Source: an uncultured Collinsella sp. (GTDB taxonomy: Bacteria; Actinomycetota; Coriobacteriia; Coriobacteriales; Coriobacteriaceae). From it: a stretch of 60,332 nt of DNA. The position numbers were made by a program, and so were the translations under genes. The notes beneath the pieces are model-generated. The model was not told the origin of the DNA. It saw only the letters and a list, made by a program, of their open reading frames with translations, and searched no databases. Every line of letters starts with the position of its first letter. Position 1 is the first letter of the stretch. The stretch is taken from NCBI GenBank assembly GCA_905204365.1, contig CAJKZO010000001.1:1-60332 (forward strand). The letters run 5' to 3'. Below are positions 54,640-60,332 of the stretch, one piece after another.

Positions 54640-55416
54640 CTATTCGCTCAAGGGGCGCAGCGATGCCTCCTCAAAATGAAAGGCTTGCAAGCTGTTTTCC
54701 GTTTCGATACACGCGCGACCAAAGGCATCGACGGTTTTAAAGATGCCTCGCGCCAGTTCGTCTCCTGCGGGGGAGCGGGCGATAACGTGCTCCCCAATCC
54801 AATTGAGGTGTGCGACATATTCGTCGTGGACGGGCGCGAGCGGTCCAGCGTTTTCTTCCATGGCGTTGAGCAGATCTGCCCATGCGTCCGCAGCGTTAAC
54901 GACGGTGTGATAGACCTCCTTGAGTAATACATCGACGGCGGGAACGTTCTCGTTGAGGTCTGACAGGCCGATTGCCGGCAGGCCGCCATCGGGAACCTCC
55001 GCGGGCACATAGTTCACGTTGACGCCGATGCCACAGACCGCAAAGGGGTTGCCTTCGTTATCGCGTGCGGCCTCGACCAGAATGCCGCCGAGCTTGCGTC
55101 CTCGCGCGACCAGATCGTTGGGCCATTTGAGGCCGATCTCGTTAGCAAGACCTTGCGCCTCGAGCGCCTCGAGCACCGCTAGGCCGCTGACGGCGGCAAG
55201 ACCAGAGTACTTTACAGGATTAACGCATGGACGCAGGACAATCGAAAGCAATAGGTTGCCAGCGGTTGAATCCCACGTGTGGCCGCGCCGGCCGCGTCCT
55301 GCTGTCTGAGCCCGGGCGGCAAGTCCTGTGCCGTGCGGCGCACCCTGTTTTCCTGCTTCGAGCAGGTCATCGTTGGTCGATCCGGTTACGTCGACTATCG
55401 TTAATTTGGCATCCAT
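54640..55416 (-). CDS. birA: Biotin--protein ligase, without an N-terminal HTH
   Basis: GSTN, QTAGRGRRG, LKWPND, KLGGIL and GIGVN motifs. Confidence 0.92.
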   Translation of the reverse strand: MDAKLTIVDVTGSTNDDLLEAGKQGAPHGTGLAARAQTAGRGRRGHTWDSTAGNLLLSIVLRPCVNPVKYSGLAAVSGLAVLEALEAQGLANEIGLKWPNDLVARGRKLGGILVEAARDNEGNPFAVCGIGVNVNYVPAEVPDGGLPAIGLSDLNENVPAVDVLLKEVYHTVVNAADAWADLLNAMEENAGPLAPVHDEYVAHLNWIGEHVIARSPAGDELARGIFKTVDAFGRACIETENSLQAFHFEEASLRPLSE

Positions 55417-55510
55417 AACGGCTGCTACCTCCTTAATGAATAAGTGAATAACGCAATGGTTTCGAGAGACAGACACAATGTGAAGCCTTTGTCGCATTTG
55501 GACAATTTAA

Positions 55511-55576
55511 TGTTAACACGTCAACAACGACTGAAATGCGCTATCCTCTCTTGGTCGATGTAAACACGTCAACAAC
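55511..55576. promoter_or_regulatory. Two direct-repeated imperfect palindromes in the birA-fabH divergent promoter
   Basis: TGTTAACACGTCAACAAC (55511) and TGTAAACACGTCAACAAC (55559), 48 bp apart. Confidence 0.65.
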
Positions 55577-55592
55577 TCAAAGGAGGTTAGTG

Positions 55593-56552
55593 ATGGGTTT
55601 CACGATTCTTGGAACAGGCTCGGCGCTTCCTAAGCGCAGTGTTTCCAATGACGAGCTGTCCGAGTTCCTCGATACCTCGGATGAGTGGATTTTTACCCGC
55701 ACCGGTATCAAGAGCCGCCACGTCTGCACCACCGAGTCACTTGACGATCTTGCCGTAGCGGCGAGCGAGCGGGCACTCCAGGTGTCCGGAATCGACGCGA
55801 GCCAGCTGGATCTGATTGTCTGCTCGACGACGACGGGCGACCACCTTGTTCCCGCTGAGGCGTGTGCCGTTGCTGAGCGACTAGGCGCGACGTGCCCTGC
55901 CTTCGATGTCTCGGCGGCCTGCGCCGGCTTCGTATTTGCGCTCGATGTCGCCGAGGGCTATATCGCCCGAGGACGAGCCAAGCATGTGCTTGTCGTTGCT
56001 GCCGAGCAGATGACGCGCGCGCTTGATTGGACCGACCGCGCCACCTGCGTGCTCTTTGGCGATGGGGCTGGCGCCGCTGTGATGGAGGCTGGGGGAGACA
56101 ACCCTCTTGCCGTTGAGCTTTCGACGGCGCCCGACGTCGAGACGTTGCGCGTTCCCGGTCTGGTCGGAACCTCGCCGTTTAAGGCCTCCGCGGATAGCGA
56201 AAGCGTGCTTTCCATGAACGGCCGTCGCGTCTTCAAGTTTGGCGTCAACGCCATCTGCGACACGGTCCATAAGCTTGCGAGCGATGCGGGCATTTCGGTC
56301 GAAGATATCGATCATTTTGTATTCCATCAGGCTAACGAACGAATCCTGAGTCAGGCGGTCAAGCGCCTCGGCGTGCCAGACGAGCGTGTGGTTCGAACGC
56401 TGCGCGAGACCGGCAATATTTCGAGCGCTTGCATTCCCTTTGCGCTTGACCGGCTGGCACGCACCGACGCACTGAATGCGGGCGACACTATCGCCCTCGT
56501 TGGATTTGGCGCCGGCCTGGATATAGGTGGCTATCTGCTTCGTTGGAAGTAG
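55593..56552 (+). CDS. fabH: 3-oxoacyl-ACP synthase III
   Basis: AACAGF, LFGDGAGA, HQAN, GNISSA and GFGAG motifs. Confidence 0.95.
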   Translation: MGFTILGTGSALPKRSVSNDELSEFLDTSDEWIFTRTGIKSRHVCTTESLDDLAVAASERALQVSGIDASQLDLIVCSTTTGDHLVPAEACAVAERLGATCPAFDVSAACAGFVFALDVAEGYIARGRAKHVLVVAAEQMTRALDWTDRATCVLFGDGAGAAVMEAGGDNPLAVELSTAPDVETLRVPGLVGTSPFKASADSESVLSMNGRRVFKFGVNAICDTVHKLASDAGISVEDIDHFVFHQANERILSQAVKRLGVPDERVVRTLRETGNISSACIPFALDRLARTDALNAGDTIALVGFGAGLDIGGYLLRWK

Positions 56553-56604
56553 TCGCACATAGGAAATAAAAACGCCCCTAGGGCACAAACAAAGGAGAAC
56601 TACC

Positions 56605-56841
56605 ATGGCAGATCAGAAGACCTTCGAGCGCGTTTGCGACGTTATCCGCGAGACCGCTGGCCTTGACGACGTCGAAATGAAGCCCGAGTCCACGCTCGAG
56701 GAGATTGGCCTCGACAGCCTGGGCACCGTCGAGATCCTCGTCGCCGTCGAGGACGAGTTTGGTATCCAGCTCGATACCGAGGAGAACCCCAAGACAGTCG
56801 GCGAGTTCGCCGATACGGTTGAGGCGGCATTGGAGAAGTAG
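56605..56841 (+). CDS. acpP: Acyl carrier protein
   Basis: GLDSL motif; acidic 78-aa protein in the fab operon. Confidence 0.92.
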   Translation: MADQKTFERVCDVIRETAGLDDVEMKPESTLEEIGLDSLGTVEILVAVEDEFGIQLDTEENPKTVGEFADTVEAALEK

Positions 56842-56843
56842 AG

Positions 56844-57788
56844 ATGCTCAAGACTCCTCTCTGCGAGCTGCTCGGCATCGAAAAGCCCGTGTTCCAGGGT
56901 GGCATGGCCTGGATTGCCGACGCCTCGCTGGCATCTGCCGTGTCCGAGGCAGGCGGCTTAGGCATTATCGCGGCCATGAATGCCGACGCCAACTGGCTGC
57001 GCGATCAGATTCACGAGCTGCGCGCCAAGACGGATAAGCCCTTTGGCGTCAACGTTATGCTCATGAGCCCGTTTGTCGACGAGGTCGCACAGGTTGTGAT
57101 CGATGAACAAGTGCCGGTCGTCGTGACGGGTGCCGGCAATCCCACCAAGTACATGAAGGCTTGGAACGATGCGGGCATTAAGGTCATCCCCGTCGTGGCT
57201 TCGGTGGCGCTGGCGCGTCTCGTGGCACGTCGCGGGGCCACCGCCGTGGTTGCCGAAGGCACCGAATCGGGTGGACATATTGGCGAGACCTCGACGATGG
57301 CGCTGGTGCCGCAGGTTGTCGATGCGGTCGATATTCCCGTGGTTGCGGCTGGCGGCATCGCCGATGGTCGCGGCGTGGCAGCGGCCTTTATGCTCGGTGC
57401 CGCCGGCGTTCAGGTGGGTACACGCTTTCTCGTTGCAAACGAATGCACTGTTTCTGAGCAGTACAAAGAGCTGGTGCTCAAGGCGGGAGACACCTCGACG
57501 CGCGCGACTGGCCGTTCGACGGGACATCCGGTGCGTGCGCTCAAGAGCCCCTTCACCAATGCCTACGCTAAAAGTGAGGCGGCGGGTGCAAGTCCCGAGG
57601 AGCTTGGGGCCATGGGCACGGGTGCTCTTCGCAAGGCCGCAAAGGACGGTAATTACGAAGAGGGTTCGTATTTGTGCGGACAGATTGCCGGCATGGTCAA
57701 CGAGCGCCAGAGCGCACGCGAAATCGTTGACGACCTGGTCGATGGCGCCGAGCACGTCCTGAAGGGTGCGTGCGCATGGGTAGCGTAG
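56844..57788 (+). CDS. fabK: Enoyl-ACP reductase II
   Basis: QGGMAW, ESGGHIG, AAGGIADG and GTRF motifs; fab operon context. Confidence 0.9.
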   Translation: MLKTPLCELLGIEKPVFQGGMAWIADASLASAVSEAGGLGIIAAMNADANWLRDQIHELRAKTDKPFGVNVMLMSPFVDEVAQVVIDEQVPVVVTGAGNPTKYMKAWNDAGIKVIPVVASVALARLVARRGATAVVAEGTESGGHIGETSTMALVPQVVDAVDIPVVAAGGIADGRGVAAAFMLGAAGVQVGTRFLVANECTVSEQYKELVLKAGDTSTRATGRSTGHPVRALKSPFTNAYAKSEAAGASPEELGAMGTGALRKAAKDGNYEEGSYLCGQIAGMVNERQSAREIVDDLVDGAEHVLKGACAWVA

Positions 57789-58717
57789 CGTTTCTGTTTG
57801 CCGGCCAGGGTGCCCAACACCCCGCGATGGGCGTTGACCTCATCGAAGCATCGCCGGCGGCTGCTGAGGTGTTTGCAATCGCCGATGAGGTACGCCCGGG
57901 GACCAGTGAGCAGTGCCGGAGCGCCTCCAAGGAGGAGCTGTCGCAGACCGTGAACACGCAGCCCTGCGTGTTCGTTCACGACCTGGCAGCGGCTACCGCT
58001 CTGCGTGAGCGCGACGTGGTGCCTGCCGTCTGTGCGGGATTCTCGCTGGGCGAGGTCGCCGCGCTCACCTTTGCGGGGGCATTCGATACGCGAGCGGGCT
58101 TTGAGCTCGTGTGCGAGCGCGCGGCGCTGATGGCCGCGGCTGCCGAGCGCCATCCGGGCGGTATGCGCGCCGTCATCAAGCTCGATGCGGAGCAAGTCGA
58201 GAACCTGGCAAAACAGGCCGGCGAGGACTGCTGGCCTGTCAACTACAACAGTCCGCAGCAGACGGTTGTGGCCGGAGCGTCCGAGGCGCTGCAGGAGCTC
58301 GACGTCCTAGTAAAAGAGGCTGGCGGCCGCGCTATGAAAGTCGCGGTGTCGGGTGCATTCCATAGCCCCTATATGGCAGAGGCGACTGAGGGGCTGGCGA
58401 CGTATATCCAAGCCGGCCACGCGCCGTCTCCGCTGCTGATTCCGGTCATGGCAAACATGACGGCGGCGCCCTATCCGGCGGACCCGCGAGTGGCATCGGA
58501 TGTCTTGGCCAACCAGGTGAGTCATGCCGTTCGCTGGGTCGACACGCTGCATGCTCTGCAGGATCAGGGCATCGACACGTTTATTGAGGTCGGCCCTGGC
58601 AAAACGCTGTCGGGCCTGGTCAAGCGTACGCTGAGCGACGTTCGCGTGTATTCGTGCGAAACGGCCGAGCAGGTCGCAGCTATTGCCGACGAGCTCGCAT
58701 GGTCCACGGGGCTGTAA
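57776..58717 (+). CDS. fabD: Malonyl-CoA:ACP transacylase
   Basis: GQGAQ, GFSLGE, SGAFHS and EVGPG motifs. Confidence 0.93.
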   Translation: MGSVAFLFAGQGAQHPAMGVDLIEASPAAAEVFAIADEVRPGTSEQCRSASKEELSQTVNTQPCVFVHDLAAATALRERDVVPAVCAGFSLGEVAALTFAGAFDTRAGFELVCERAALMAAAAERHPGGMRAVIKLDAEQVENLAKQAGEDCWPVNYNSPQQTVVAGASEALQELDVLVKEAGGRAMKVAVSGAFHSPYMAEATEGLATYIQAGHAPSPLLIPVMANMTAAPYPADPRVASDVLANQVSHAVRWVDTLHALQDQGIDTFIEVGPGKTLSGLVKRTLSDVRVYSCETAEQVAAIADELAWSTGL

Positions 58718-58732
58718 CCCGAAAGGAATGAC

Positions 58733-59506
58733 ATGGGCAACTTGAACAACGGCGCGCTCGAGCGCAACGACTCACGTCGCGTGGCACTGGTCACGGGCGG
58801 CTCGCGGGGTATCGGCCGCGCCTGCGCTATCGGTCTGGCGGAGGATGGCTACGATATCGCCGTCGTCTATGCCGGCAGCGTCGATGCGGTGCGTGAGACG
58901 TGCGAAGCCTGCGAGGCCGCTGGTGCCACAGCTCGCGCGTATCAATGCGATGTGGCCGACCCCGATGCCGTCGATGCGTGTATCGAGGCCGTGCTCAATA
59001 ACTTTGGTTCGATTTGGGCGCTCGTCAATAACGCCGGGATTACTCGCGATGGGCTGCTTATGCGCATGGGCGATGACGCCTTCGATCGCGTGCTCGATGT
59101 CAATCTCAAGGGCACGTTCAATACGACGCGCGCGCTCACTAAGACCTTTATGCGCCAGCGTGGCGGCTGCGTCGTCAACATGAGCTCGGTCGTGGGCCTG
59201 ATGGGCAACGCCGGACAGGCTAATTACGCTGCCTCCAAGGCGGGCGTGATCGGTCTGACCAAGGCGGTGGCGCGCGAGCTTGCATCCCGCGGCGTACGAG
59301 TGAACGCGGTCGCCCCCGGGTTTGTCGAGACAGATATGACGGCAAAGCTCTCAGAGAAGGTTCGCGCGGCAACCGAGGAGCAGATTCCCCTAAAGCGCAT
59401 GGCGCAGCCCGAAGAGGTGGCCGGTGTGGTGCGATTTTTAGTGAGCGATGCGGCTGCCTACATTACGGGCGAAGTCGTACGCGTCGACGGCGGAATGGCG
59501 ATGTAG
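58733..59506 (+). CDS. fabG: 3-oxoacyl-ACP reductase
   Basis: TGGSRGIG, NNAGITRD and YAASK motifs. Confidence 0.94.
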   Translation: MGNLNNGALERNDSRRVALVTGGSRGIGRACAIGLAEDGYDIAVVYAGSVDAVRETCEACEAAGATARAYQCDVADPDAVDACIEAVLNNFGSIWALVNNAGITRDGLLMRMGDDAFDRVLDVNLKGTFNTTRALTKTFMRQRGGCVVNMSSVVGLMGNAGQANYAASKAGVIGLTKAVARELASRGVRVNAVAPGFVETDMTAKLSEKVRAATEEQIPLKRMAQPEEVAGVVRFLVSDAAAYITGEVVRVDGGMAM

Positions 59507-59542
59507 AAACCAGGGCCGAAGAACGGCTTGGATGAGGAGACC

Positions 59543-60332
59543 ATGATGGAACAGAGAGTTGCAATCACCGGTATCGGTGCCGTGTCGCCGCTCGGCAACA
59601 CCGCGCTTGCCACCTGGGCGGCCATGTGCGCCGGCACGTGCGGCATCGGCCCGATCACGCACTTCGATACCGATGCGTTTGCCGTCAAGGTGGCAGCCGA
59701 GGTCAAGGGCTTTGACGGCAACGAGTACTTTGGCAAGCGTGACGCCAAGCATCTCGACCCCTGCGTTCAGTTTGCGATGGCGGCTTCGGACGAAGCCATG
59801 CACGATGCAGGCTTTGATGTCGAAGGCGCCATCGATCGCGAGCGCCTGGGCGTCTACGTGGGCTCGGGCGTGGGCGGCATGACGACGCTCGTCGACAACG
59901 TCCATACGATTGCCGAACGTGGGCCCCGCCGCGCATCGCCCTATATGATCGCGATGATGATCCCCAACATGGCATCGGGCAATATCGCAATCCGCCACAA
60001 GGCAAAGGGCCCGACCCTGCCCGTGGTGACCGCGTGCGCAACCTCGGCCCATGCGGTGGGCGAGGCGTTCCGCGCCATCAAGCACGGCTATGCCGACGCG
60101 ATCCTCGCGGGCGGCGCCGAGGCGGCCATTATCCCCGATGCCGTTGCGGGCTTTACGTCCTGCCGCGCATTGACCACCAACCCCGATCCCGCGACGGCCT
60201 GCCGTCCGTTCGATGCAGACCGCGACGGCTTTGTGATGGGCGAGGGCGCCTGCGTGCTCGTGCTCGAGAGCATGGAACATGCGCAGGCGCGCGGTGCGCA
60301 CATTTATGCCGAGGTCGTGGGCTACGGCAACA
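59543..60332 (+). CDS. fabF: 3-oxoacyl-ACP synthase II, 3'-truncated by the window edge
   Basis: Translates as RVAITGIGAVSPLG...TACATS...RPFDADRDGFVMGEG; frame is open to the window end. Confidence 0.93.
   Translation, partial: MMEQRVAITGIGAVSPLGNTALATWAAMCAGTCGIGPITHFDTDAFAVKVAAEVKGFDGNEYFGKRDAKHLDPCVQFAMAASDEAMHDAGFDVEGAIDRERLGVYVGSGVGGMTTLVDNVHTIAERGPRRASPYMIAMMIPNMASGNIAIRHKAKGPTLPVVTACATSAHAVGEAFRAIKHGYADAILAGGAEAAIIPDAVAGFTSCRALTTNPDPATACRPFDADRDGFVMGEGACVLVLESMEHAQARGAHIYAEVVGYGN

Overview
High-GC bacterial chromosome segment, inferred from gene content and protein sequences to be Coriobacteriia, probably Collinsella-like. It is mostly core genes: disA-ispD-ispF-cysS-rlmB-NYN; five tRNAs with tuf, rpmG, secE, nusG and rplKA; asnS; rplJL; galU; rpoBC; rpsLG-fusA-rpsJ; birA; and a fabH-acpP-fabK-fabD-fabG-fabF operon that runs off the end. 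Accessory DNA includes an HTH-HipA-like kinase, a decaying ~4.9 kb integrase-less islet between tRNA-Thr(TGT) and tRNA-Tyr, a minus-strand nucleotide/transport block, feoAB, an MFS transporter, a GH13 enzyme and an ECF sigma/anti-sigma cassette. Four observations stand out. (1) RpoC has a ~230 aa C-terminal extension containing an alpha-CTD-like helix-hairpin-helix domain, and both large RNAP subunits diverge at normally near-invariant motifs. (2) At least five families of intergenic palindromic elements with fixed arm and spacer geometry occur, several bracketing accessory genes. (3) A ~215 bp nested hairpin supplies the -35 box of the rplJL promoter and lies next to a strand-skewed codon tract. 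(4) A cytoplasmic ParB/Srx-like + BMP fusion protein is coupled to a metallophosphoesterase. No CRISPR array, rRNA, integrase or transposase was seen. All family assignments come from motif recognition by eye, not database searches.
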